The notes beneath the pieces were generated by a model. The model did not search any database and was not told the DNA's origin. It worked only from the letters and a program-made list of their open reading frames with translations. Below, one piece after another: positions 1-9,185 of a stretch of DNA of 15,604 bases. This DNA is from Amoeboradix gromovi X-113 (lineage: Eukaryota > Fungi > Sanchytriomycota). The stretch spans positions 1 to 15,604 of the forward strand of contig JADGIF010000187.1 in the NCBI GenBank assembly GCA_018985225.1, read 5' to 3'. Positions within the stretch are counted from its first letter, which is position 1; every line of letters begins with the position of its first letter. Both the position numbers and the translations under genes were made by a program.

Positions 1-216
1 TTGCAGCTACCACAAGTGTTGGACACATCATATTGTTTTTGAATGGTCGCAACTCTAATGAACTTTGAGTTCTTTTCATTTCGCATATTCTGATGCGATA
101 AAATTGCTCCAAGTCGTAGATCTGCAAAGTGTTGAATGGTGACAAAATACCAGTACCAATAAAAAGAAGTCCTATGATATTGAGACTTGTTTATTTTTTG
201 TCTTTTTCACTTTCAC

Positions 217-472
217 GCCAGCGGTTTAACCTCGCAATACTGAACATGTCAGATCTAAAGAAGAAATGATAGATACAATTTGCACTCATCGACATTGAGA
301 AACTGGTGTGGATATAGATCATATGGTAGCAAAGAATGCACACATCAAACACATGCGTCCTTATTCTATCCCGTCTTAGGGTAGTGAAAGCATGAGCAAC
401 CGCTGTAATGGAGAATTTATATCTCTGTGGAAACTCCCAAATTTCTCGGAAATCGCGTTTTTTAATGAGTAG
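217..472 (+). pseudogene. Decayed 3' part of an unknown multicopy gene family (copy A)
   Basis: The reverse complement of 363-400 matches 13491-13528 at 28/38 nt and also matches 1417-1454. Conceptual translation with stops and frameshifts gives IDTICTHRH*..DIDHM..CVLILSRLRVVKA*A..FNE*, which aligns with copies B and C. Confidence 0.6.
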
Positions 473-798
473 TTAATAATGGGCATTTAATTGAGTCATA
501 AGTACGGGACACGTCTTTCACTATTTGCAAATACTAGAAAGCGTCGCATGGTAAATTTTAAAGCTTCTGTTTATCAAACTACTCTGGAGCTGTGAGTTCC
601 AGTAAACTTAAGCTATACTATCGAGAACCTACACAGGATAACTTTGACGTTGAATACTGTAAATTTTGATAGGACCTGGATAGAGATAAAATTGCTTAAA
701 ATCAACAGCACTTTTGATAACCTATTTTGGGGTCTCAAGTAACTAGCCCTTCTAATTGCGCGTCACATGTTCCACACAATTAAAAATCTCGAAAAGCC

Positions 799-1326
799 AT
801 GAAACAACCAAAATTTACACATTTTTTATCAGCTAAGGTAATTTTGCCGCAACTAGAAAATTTAAACTTGCCGAAAGAAACCATTATTCCGTATTACAGG
901 TATCATTTTACTTTAGCGTTATTTTCTGTTCCGTGCCGGAATTCTAATGATATTATTTCTGGTATAAAACGTAGCCTAGAAAGCGTAGAAATGTCAAGCA
1001 TAACTGTAGAACTTTTAGGGTACTTCAGTTTTCAAAAGAAACAGTTTTGTAAGGTGTTATTTTGCAAACCAGAACCATCTTTAGAAATGGAAAATTTAAA
1101 ATTACTTATTTACAGGCTACTTGCGAAGAACGACGGAGGATACAGATTAGAAAAGAACCAAAAATTACATATGACCGTCGCTAAGTCTTCCAAAGTGTTT
1201 GATGCTAGACATTTAAATTTTAACACCAATTGTGGATCAATTACTATAGAGGAGCTACAATTTTGTAAAATGGGTCAGATAAATGGTAAATATCAAGTAT
1301 TGTTTTCAATTAGACTTGCAAAATAA
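799..1326 (+). CDS. 2H phosphoesterase (AKAP7 2'-5' RNA ligase-like / ASCC1 C-terminal domain-like) protein, 175 aa
   Basis: Two HxT motifs (YHFTL, LHMTV) about 87 aa apart, an N-terminal FTHFLS typical of the AKAP7/ASCC1 domain, and a C-terminal L.LC.M...G.Y strand. Intact ATG-TAA ORF with no KH domain. Confidence 0.8.
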   Translation: MKQPKFTHFLSAKVILPQLENLNLPKETIIPYYRYHFTLALFSVPCRNSNDIISGIKRSLESVEMSSITVELLGYFSFQKKQFCKVLFCKPEPSLEMENLKLLIYRLLAKNDGGYRLEKNQKLHMTVAKSSKVFDARHLNFNTNCGSITIEELQFCKMGQINGKYQVLFSIRLAK

Positions 1327-1337
1327 AACCATTTTTT

Positions 1338-1590
1338 TTACTTCAAATCAAAAGTTCTGATTTATCAGAATATCAAGAATTTCGGCAGAAATTGGCCATG
1401 CCAATTAATTCGTTGCATTGCTTGCGCTTCCACTATCCCGAGGCGAGATTGAATAGGAGTGCATACACCTCAACTGTATGCTCTTGTTGCTATATGATTG
1501 CTATCCGCTTTGTAATGACGGTATGTGCATGTTTGCGTGTCCAAATTGCCTTGTTCAGAGTCCCTCGTATTGAATCTGCAGCGGTTGACA
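1338..1590 (-). pseudogene. Decayed 3' part of unknown multicopy gene family (copy B); may extend to about 1980
   Basis: 1417-1454 matches 13491-13528 at 31/38 nt. Minus-strand translation NRCRFNTRDSEQGNLDTQTCTYRHYKADSNHI..VCTPIQSRLGIVEAQAM aligns with copies A and C. Confidence 0.6.
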
Positions 1591-2092
1591 AGTAAAGACC
1601 GTCTCTACATAATGCGGCATTATTTTGACAGCTTTAAATTCTTAGACTACTGACGTATGTTTATTTCTTAGCATTTAAATAGTTGAATAAATCGCTTGGC
1701 GAATAAATGACGAGACTGGTTTCCGCATTAGACACGAGTCTTTTTAATGGGACGATCCTTCTAGCAACTGAGTTTCATCTTATAGGTCTCTCTAGTAGTG
1801 AGCTTGTTTGCAGTTTTTGCGCTAATCTCCAGAGCATGTTAACCAGAATCAGCGTTTTTAGCTTAATAGCTTACGCAATTCCAATAAAATATGTTACGTC
1901 ATTCACATGGCTTGTTTTATCCTTTTGGCGCGTGTTGCGTTTTATCGCTATCAACTACAGTTAAGCTAACAAACGATACATAAATATCTAGTGCATTTAC
2001 AAGCTGAGATTAAAAATTATTGAGGGCTAGTAGAAAAATTGTTTTCAGATCTAAAATTGCCCCTAGATAATTAGTTCAGTTATTTATTTAGT

Positions 2093-2644
2093 TTACTGCC
2101 TAAGTTTGGCTAGTCTTTGTTCTAAATCAGCACTTGGAAGAGGTTGATCTTGGACTGGATTCAGTTTGATTTCTAAACCTGCTTCGTCTGCAATTTGCTG
2201 CAGCAAATCGTCAACTTGAGCACGCTCTCCGACACTCTTAGTATTAATTGAGTCCTCCATAACATTGGTGGTAATATCTATTTTTTCATTCTGCATTTCA
2301 AATCGGTCCATTAGCATCGTCATAGTGTTCAAGTCCATGCGCTGCAGTGCCTTATCCATATCTTTACAAACTGCCATCATATTCTGCGTAGTGTTTCTCA
2401 TTGTAATTGCAGTTTGAACACGGCTAGCCATAGTATCCACTCGACTACTTAATTTAAGAAGGTTCAGTGATTCGTTTTTTTTACGGATTGCATTTCCAGC
2501 ATATAAGCGGGCACCTTCGTTATTTCCTTGCTGAATAGCCTTTTTGGCCTTGAGTTTTTCAGACTTTTCTTCCTTTTCACACTTCTTACTAGCTTTAACA
2601 AGTTGCTTGGCAGAAAGCTTTAGTTGAAAAAGACTGTTTTCCAT
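2093..2644 (-). CDS. DID2: ESCRT-III accessory subunit Did2/Vps46/CHMP1 (Snf7 family), 183 aa
   Basis: N-terminus ME.SLFQLK..AKQL..ASKKCEKEEK.EK.K.KKAIQQGN.EGAR.YA.NAIRKKNE..N.L.L.SRVD..ASRVQTA, plus V..L.QQ.ADEAGLE and a C-terminal MIM1 motif LEQRLAKLRQ, are characteristic of CHMP1/Did2. Intronless. Confidence 0.95.
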   Translation of the reverse strand: MENSLFQLKLSAKQLVKASKKCEKEEKSEKLKAKKAIQQGNNEGARLYAGNAIRKKNESLNLLKLSSRVDTMASRVQTAITMRNTTQNMMAVCKDMDKALQRMDLNTMTMLMDRFEMQNEKIDITTNVMEDSINTKSVGERAQVDDLLQQIADEAGLEIKLNPVQDQPLPSADLEQRLAKLRQ

Positions 2645-3751
2645 GAAAATAAAGTTGTTTCATTAATTTTTATAAATTTGTTTAAAATATAAAAAAAGAG
2701 AAGAGCAATACGGGAACGGTGGTAAACAACTTGGACAAAATTTAAACTCAAAATCGGATTAGCTCTTCAGTTTGCAAATGGCACTCTAAAAAAACTAGAA
2801 GTGTTTTTTAAAATATGCAACCCAACAGGTAGAGCTAGTCAAGCGGAAAGATCTCACATTTTGCTTCCGCCACCTATCATCGAACTTTTTACCCTTCGCC
2901 GATCTGTTCAATAGTAATTATTTATAAATTAGATCAATTATTTTATATTTAACTTGGAGACATCAGAAACAACTTCCTTTTCTCTTGAGCGTCTGTGAAA
3001 GCTTCGGGTAGCTTAGAATGCCTTTTAAGTTCAACATAGCGCCTAAATTAGATGCGAAGATCTGAAATGAGTTAGAGTTTAAATTTCTTTAGTAGAAAAC
3101 TTGGGAAGATACCATGACCTTGCATTCCTTCAAAACAAGTACAATCCCGCTTTATACCTGAGTAAACACACATGGTTCAGCTATTCCTAGACCACCAGAT
3201 GCTACTTAAGTCTTCCAACCTTCCAAGTTCCAAGATAGCTACTTTTATACGTCACTCTATAGTGCGTGAGCTTACCATTGGGAGATTTCTCATCCCACTT
3301 CATAATATTTTTGACATGAACTACTTGAATAACTGAACACAGTGCCTATTAGTTCTTTATCTATTATTTTGTTGTTTTATGTGTTACCTTGTTTTACTTG
3401 CAGTGTTGAGTCAAACGTCTCAGTAAACCCGCAATTCGTTGACTTTAATAAACTTCGCTAAATGAAGAGCAATTGTGGCATCATAATATATAAATATCGT
3501 TAGATTTTAGAGAACAAAAAAAGTCCAAGATTGGGTAAATGGTGTTTGGGTACCATATCTAGAAATATTTTGACGGTTTTTCCGACGCAATCTTTTTTAC
3601 TTGCGTTTAACACTTAATTTGAGCTAGTTCATGATAATTTATAGTACAATTTTTCCCACCGTTTCAATAACTTCTATTTATCTAATTTATTTCTTTTTCT
3701 TTTTGTCATCCCTTTTACCCCCCAGTCTGATTTTCATAGAGCATATTCCAA

Positions 3752-4033
3752 ATGTCTCTCCCATACACTGTAGTAAAGTCTGCATTTAATAGATATCCAG
3801 TATACACTGAAATAAAAAACAGGAACCAGATCAAAACAACTCTTAGAAAAATAAGTGGAAATATAGGATCTTTAAGAGATGACCTAAAGCAATTCATATA
3901 TAAAAGTACAAAGAAGAATGTTGAGATTACAGTTAAGCCAATAAGTTACTCCTTATCTATGAATGGTAACTATGGCAAAACTGTCGTAGACTTCTTGAAA
4001 TCGATAGAAAAGAATTGCGATACTAATAAATAA
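3752..4033 (+). CDS. IMG2: Mitochondrial ribosomal protein mL49 (Img2/MRPL49), 93 aa
   Basis: LPY.V..S....PVY........T.LRKISG.I..L..DL..F...V......L...G.Y...V.DFL matches the Img2/L49 domain pattern. Confidence 0.8.
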   Translation: MSLPYTVVKSAFNRYPVYTEIKNRNQIKTTLRKISGNIGSLRDDLKQFIYKSTKKNVEITVKPISYSLSMNGNYGKTVVDFLKSIEKNCDTNK

Positions 4034-4494
4034 TTTTTTGTTAGTTTTAGTATTAATCTGTAACTCAAAGACTTTCAAAGTCTCAGTTCCCTATCGAATT
4101 CAGTAGGAACGATTTCTAGAATGTAATTCGCCCTCAAAAAATGTAAGGATCTCTAATTTCTTAGAGAAATCACATTTTGGATCTAAAAAACTTGGGTAAA
4201 AATACCATTACATGATGTTTTTGGCTATATGAAATGAAATTTCACGAATTGATCAGCTGTCTTTATGTCCAAATATGATTGAAAGTAAATTGCAATTGTA
4301 TGTATGTTTTGAAGCAATTTACAGGCGAGTGAAGTTGAATAAACAACACACAAATCTCATCCTTGTAATCTCTATTTGTGCTATACATTATTTAAAATTG
4401 CTATGCTTGATGATTGCACCTAAATGTAAAACCCGGTAAATATTAAACTTGGGTCTTGCAAAGCTTATAAGTTCTCAAAGTTGAGCAATATTTA

Positions 4495-4515
4495 CACCGT
4501 TGAAGATTTAAAATG
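4495..4515 (+). repeat. Putative left terminal inverted repeat of the IS630-Fanzor element
   Basis: Starts with CA directly after a TA, 140 bp upstream of the transposase ATG. It resembles a terminus I recall from giant-virus IS630-type elements (TTTACACCYTTGAAGATTTAAAA; from memory, not verified). The partner TIR is absent. Confidence 0.5.
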
Positions 4516-4634
4516 TCAAAGTAAAAATTCAAGATAATTCGATTCCTTGTCTCAATTTCATCCGTTTTCCACAAACGTAATTGCCAAAAATTCACTTCTT
4601 CCAATTTTATTATATTTCCAAAAGCTGTAAAACC

Positions 4635-5534
4635 ATGCCTAACAAGCACAAATCGAAGGACTTCAAATATGCTGCTGTTCTGCACTATCTGAATCAATGC
4701 CATAACATCTTAGAGACATCAAGAGTCATGGGATGCAATAATAAAACACTGGGAAGATGGATTGAGCGTTACCTTCAATATGCAGGTGCGGAGGGAGCCC
4801 TTGATAGGCAAAATAAAGATGCCGTTTCTTACAAAGTGACTGAGAATCAGGTTATCTTTGCAGTGAACTATCTTCGCAAGCATCAAACCAAATCGATGAA
4901 ATAACTTCATGCGATTATGTTAGGAACATATCCGAATTTCAATGTCACACCTCAACATCTTGGCCAAGTTATCAGAAACAATAACCTCACACCTAAACGT
5001 ATAAAGCATGGACACTACCATAAGAAAAGATATAGAAGAGAAGCGAATCTGAGACAAGATCTAATAAACTTCTATGCTCAAACATCAGACCATGATATTG
5101 ATCGCATTGTATGTATAGATGAGACGTCACTCACACCCTTCATGTATCGCGCATACAGTAGGTGTAATCTAGGTGATAAGTGCATTGAGAAGACTAATAA
5201 TAACAAGGTCTTCACGAAACACACTTTCATTGGTGCCATCACCAACTCTCGAATACTTAACTGGAAGCTCTATGATCGAGGTGCTATGACACAAGCACGT
5301 TTTGTTGCGTTTGTGCATGGAACCATACGACAACACCGACTCAGGGGATACCTCTTTGTCTTTGATAATGCTGGAGCACATAAAGGTCAAGCAATAAGAG
5401 ATCTGATGACAAGAACAGGTAATCGAATGGTTTACACTGTGCCGTACAATCTGCAAACTAATGCTATTGAGAATTGGTTCAGTCAAGTCAAACATTACAT
5501 GTCTACATCTGTTGTTAGAAATCTGGAGGGTATA
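4635..5534 (+). pseudogene. IS630/Tc1-mariner family DD34E transposase with one in-frame stop and a truncated C-terminus
   Basis: ATG 4635 begins MPNKHKSKDFKYAAV..TLGRWIERY (HTH). The in-frame TAA at 4902-4904 joins ORFs 4581-4904 and 4917-5726. Catalytic triad: IDET (D 5118-5120), FDNAGAH (D 5364-5366), PY...NAIENWFSQVK (E 5469-5471), with 34 residues between D2 and E. Confidence 0.92.
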
Positions 5535-6877
5535 ACGAGCCTTAAGAGCGTGGTGAAGAATACCGTGGTCATCGAGAAGCTGTATTTCATCCACTGTTAT
5601 GATAATGGTCATCCACTACCTAACATCGATCGATCCTTTGTGACTGCAGTCATGAAACCCTCTGTACGACACCTGCAAGCGGCATACCTCCCAAAGCTGA
5701 AACACAACAGGCTAAAGCAATTCTAGCGGAGTTCTACAGAGAGCAGTATGAGCCTATTATGCAGGACACTCTCAACTACAGGCACCTGAACACCGTTCTT
5801 GACTACATGTCAACGGATGCCATCACAATGTACGAAAACAACATCAAGCAGCGCTTCTGTTCCTATGTAGAGAGATTCGTAAACGTCTCACTACAGAAAA
5901 TGGAGCATATTGAAGCTATCAAGGTGAGCGAGCACACTGCAGAGCAGAAGAAAGAGCTGACTAACACTCTCTGTCGTGAACTACGCAAAGTAAAAAACGA
6001 CATCCTCAGAGTGAATGACCCTAAAAAATCAGATGCACAGTATCACGCCTGGATTGATGAGCAGAGTGTGAAGATCATGCCACAACGACAGCTCAGGAAA
6101 GATAGCGTGTACTACGATATTCAGTGCAGCCCTCAGGACTACTTACCTCTGATGGTGTACATGATGAAAGCTGTTGAAGCAACGGGTAACACAATCAGTG
6201 GCGTCTTTCCTCTGAGGAGCCAGTTAATCCCGAAACACTTTCGCTTAGACATCACATCTCTGGTGTACTTACTGTTCACAAACGAGAACGGTAAGCGGAC
6301 GAAGACAACACTTCGAGGCAATCTGAAGAGGAAACAGTCAGATGTGTGGGGGCAATTCTTCACAACGGAGAAGTGTTTTCATCGTTCCAGAGACAATCAC
6401 GATTATACATTCCATCGCATGATCGAGACAGATGGTGTGAATTGTAGCATCATTCTGATACGCAAGGATAAGGCAGGCAAGATTGTGAAACAGCCCAAAC
6501 CTAAAAGGGTGGAGGGGGAAATATATTGATGAGATCACGGACGAAGAGCGGGACGACGTGAAAGAACTGAATCTGGTAGCCATTGTACTGCGTCGACAGT
6601 TATCAGCGTGAGCAGACCAAGTTCCGCTACTCTCAGGAGATGCGACAGAAGGAGACGAAGTTCAAGAAGTATCGAGATCTACTTCAGACTCAGAAGCACG
6701 AATTGATCGATGGTAAAATAGTCGTCGACTGGGACACCGAAATGAGTGCTTACAACAAGAAGACGCTGAACTTCGATGCCTTCAAGATCTACATTCAGCG
6801 AAAGAACGCATTGAATCTCAAACTAGCTCCGTACTACAACAAGTAACTATTCCGGAAGCCCAAGCTGGGCAGCTACA
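5535..6877 (+). pseudogene. Fanzor (Fanzor1-type eukaryotic TnpB homologue), N-terminal part through the RuvC-I region; disrupted and truncated
   Basis: Reconstruction across frameshifts at about 5657, 6525 and 6585 and a stop at 6844-6846 gives TSLKSVVKN..KLYFIHCYD..LPNIDRSFVTAVMKTLC..GIPPK..LAEFYREQYEP..LNYRHLNTVLDY..ITMYENNIKQRF..YVERFVN..YYDIQCSPQDYL..M.YM..VFPLRS..IPKHFRLD..W..FF..YTFHRMIETDGVNCSIILIR..YIDE..LVAI[DP missing]YCVD..FRYSQ..R.KETK.KKY..S.YNKKTL.F..FK.YI..KN.LN..L..YY...LFRK.KLGSY. This is the motif series of Fanzor1 proteins. Confidence 0.85.
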
Positions 6878-6926
6878 GTAAATATGTGCAGCTTCTAAAA
6901 GCACATGGCAAAAAATCCAAAAAATT

Positions 6927-6966
6927 GGGACACCAAATGGGACCTGATCTGACAAAATGTCCCTAA
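6927..6966 (+). repeat. Sola-like transposon terminus, type A (left end)
   Basis: AATT|GGGACACCAAATGGGACCTGATCTGACAAAATGTCCCTAA is 35/40 identical to 9007-9046. The first 12 nt are shared with the type-B termini. Confidence 0.7.
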
Positions 6967-7160
6967 CTCCTGTTTCTGACTAGTCGAGATAAATGGCTTT
7001 AAACATTCCATCTCCTAAAATACAAATCTATTCTGACAAAATGTCACTATCTCATATGATTGGATAAAAAATTAATGAATTGTTTATTTTTTCGGATTCT
7101 TTCTTTTTGATAGTCCATGTTTGCTTTGTAATCTCTGTAATGTAATAAATTTAATTTTCA

Positions 7161-7261
7161 TCGTAAAGTCAATGGTTGCTTTATGTCTCTAAAATGAAGA
7201 CTGGAAGAAAGAATAGAAGAATAGTTGTACAGAATGTTTATTTTTGAAATTACGATACAAA
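7161..7261 (+). repeat. Internal 101-bp block repeated at 10127-10227
   Basis: Gapless alignment, 78/101 identical, with core TGTACAGAA..TTTATTTTTGAAATT.CGATACAAA. Confidence 0.85.
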
Positions 7262-7366
7262 TTGTCTAGTCCGGTTTTTACAGAACATGTCATCATATCT
7301 TTATTGTAGAGTATTAATAAATTATACCTTGACTTCAAAAGTTAAATTGTTTCTTCTATTATAAAA

Positions 7367-7495
7367 ATGGATGCTAAATCTTCACAAGAGCAAATTGATA
7401 GTTTATATAAGAGAGTTAAAATATTAGAGGATGAGCTAAATTATAAAGGAGAATTGAGATCAGGAACTTGTCTATTATGTTCAAATAAACACTAA
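7367..7495 (+). CDS. Small 42-aa ORF (coiled coil + CxxC), below the ORF-track cutoff; possibly a fragment
   Basis: MDAKSSQEQIDSLYKRVKILEDELNYKGELRSGTCLLCSNKH. A-rich start context, and its stop lies 7 bp from the stop of the convergent protease ORF. Confidence 0.35.
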   Translation: MDAKSSQEQIDSLYKRVKILEDELNYKGELRSGTCLLCSNKH

Positions 7496-7502
7496 AATTT
7501 TA

Positions 7503-8152
7503 TTAGTCCCATTTGATAAGAGAAACTTGTCCCAAGTTCCTACCTGTATCATCAGAGAGCTTTTTAGATATAACTCCGATTGCACCATTCTCTTCAAATG
7601 TACTAGTCATTAATACACGTACAACTCCCTCTGGAAGAATTAATGGACCACCACTTAAACCCTGAATAGAAGCATTATCTGTAAAGATAAAGCCTTCATG
7701 AATCGACATGCTTGCGAGATAGGTAAATCGTCGAAAGTACTCAAGACCTTGAATAGGAAACCCGTGCATTTTCATTAATCTTTCCATTAGGCGAATAGGT
7801 AAAACGCCATTATTGGCGTCAACTGAAAAATAATTATAATATTTGATTTTACCTAATTGATTAAAACTATTAAGAAAATACTCTTCATCCAAATAAGAAA
7901 TATCTGATTTCTTATCACTCTTCCACTTATCAATTGGCAAATCGACAGATTTTGAATTAACAATTATTGTTAATTCTTTGGCACCATTTATCACATGCTC
8001 ATCAGTATGCAATCTCAGTAGATTTGATTTCTTTAAAAAGAAACAAGATCCATAACCCCCATCATCTCTTTTCAATAAATTCACTATCTACAAGTATAAC
8101 TTTCAAAATGTAGTCACTGAATGTTTAAAGGAAAACAATCACCTTTTGACAT
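7503..8152 (-). pseudogene. Trypsin-like (PA clan, Trypsin_2-type) serine protease with a disrupted 5' end
   Basis: Ordered motifs GYGSCFFL (cf. GSGF), TDEHVI (catalytic His, cf. TNAHV), KSDISYL (Asp) and TDNASIQGLSGGPL...G.V (Ser). The likely ATG at 8152-8150 is separated from the 7503-8084 frame by a stop and a frameshift. Confidence 0.7.
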
Positions 8153-8491
8153 TTTTTTATCCAATCAATACACCGACGTAATTTCGTAAATAACAAATAC
8201 ATATTTGAAAATGTAGTTATGTTTGCTTACAATTTACTTGTTGATTGTAGTAATGGTATTAATACTTATGTTATCATTGGTAGTTTGATGGGTTGGCGAT
8301 GAATTTACATCACTAAATTAATAAACAAATTACCTTGATGGAAAACTATTCACTCTTGATCTTTTATATTTAACGAGTTGAAATGGTTACACAGCATATC
8401 CTATATATTATCTATTACAAAAAAGTCTTTCATTTAATTCTATCAACATGATGATTGCTGTAAAAGGATATAAGCAGCTCCTCGTTACATC

Positions 8492-8950
8492 ATGTCAGAA
8501 ACTCAGAATGAGCAAACCCAACTGAACAACATCAAAGGAAAAATACTCCAAAACATCATCCAACAGTATGATCAGTATTTGCAGACATGGACTGATAGAT
8601 CCATAGTACTGAATGATATATGGGAGCTGAATCTGAGAACAAAAGAACGGGAGGACGCCGGATTCATGCCTAACCAGAACATATATAAGCATCCACGCTA
8701 TAATAACACAAACTCAACTGAGCAATTGGAACACCGTCAAAAGATGGAAAAAATGGATTTAGAGTATCAGAAGGACCAACAAGCTAACACACAGTTTCAA
8801 CAGAAACTAACCACATTGCGACAGAGAGCTAAATACAGATTAGAGTTAATTGATGAGCTAAGTATTACTTACGACAACGTGGTGGGATTGGTTGAGATGA
8901 CCTCGGATAGCAGTCATTCACAAAAGGATGGCATACTTGTAAACCAGTAA
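8492..8950 (+). CDS. Hypothetical Gln/Glu-rich coiled-coil protein, 152 aa
   Basis: Intact ATG-TAA ORF, more GC-rich than its flanks, with heptad-like composition. No recognised family. Confidence 0.55.
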   Translation: MSETQNEQTQLNNIKGKILQNIIQQYDQYLQTWTDRSIVLNDIWELNLRTKEREDAGFMPNQNIYKHPRYNNTNSTEQLEHRQKMEKMDLEYQKDQQANTQFQQKLTTLRQRAKYRLELIDELSITYDNVVGLVEMTSDSSHSQKDGILVNQ

Positions 8951-9185
8951 ATGTTTTACTTGTAGTTGCTTTCTACTTATATAACTTCTGAAGTTTTAAA
9001 CCATTCGAGACACCAAATGGGATCGGATATGACAAAATGTCCTTAAATCTTACTATTGGACAAATATATTGAATTGATCCTTTATTTCTTACCACTCTTT
9101 GCTACGATTATTTCTCGATGAATCCAGGTAATTGTAATGGAGATGGAAATTGTATGGATTCCAATCTTTTTGCTAAATTATTTGA

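Larger units (their letters stand above)
4495..6877 (+). mobile_element. Decayed IS630/Tc1-mariner transposon carrying a Fanzor gene; right end missing
   Basis: Candidate left end TA|CACCGTTGAAGATTTAAAATG (TA at 4493-4494), then a DD34E transposase, then Fanzor-like coding sequence. The interior is visibly more GC-rich than the flanks. I found no reverse-complement copy of the left end in the window. Confidence 0.8.

Noticed and set aside
350-1465. Pack-MULE-like element with long TIRs capturing the 2H-phosphoesterase gene
   Set aside because: The inverted copies translate as related coding sequence, their homology fades outward without a sharp end or TSD, and a third unpaired copy exists.
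1392-1964. Plus-strand ORFs 1392-1595 and 1707-1964
   Set aside because: No recognisable motifs. Homology with the other copies indicates the ancestral coding strand is minus.
2650-3750. Possible gene or ncRNA between DID2 and IMG2
   Set aside because: No credible ORF, no tRNA/rRNA signature, and only weak short hairpins. ORF 3715-3897(-) is antisense to IMG2.
5652-5662. Programmed -1 frameshift at GAAACCC linking the two Fanzor frames
   Set aside because: It is not a canonical X XXY YYZ slippery heptamer, and several other lesions show the gene is decayed.
5169-6583. Antisense ORFs 5169-5612, 6139-6363 and 6338-6583 (also 4443-4703 and 4719-4910)
   Set aside because: These are shadows of the transposase/Fanzor frames with no motifs of their own.
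6878-6926. Small hairpin ATGTGC-N-GCACAT right after the Fanzor remnant as a possible omega-RNA
   Set aside because: The stem is only 6 bp. The Fanzor is truncated far upstream of its C-terminus, where the omega-RNA and right end would lie, so the guide locus is not in this window.
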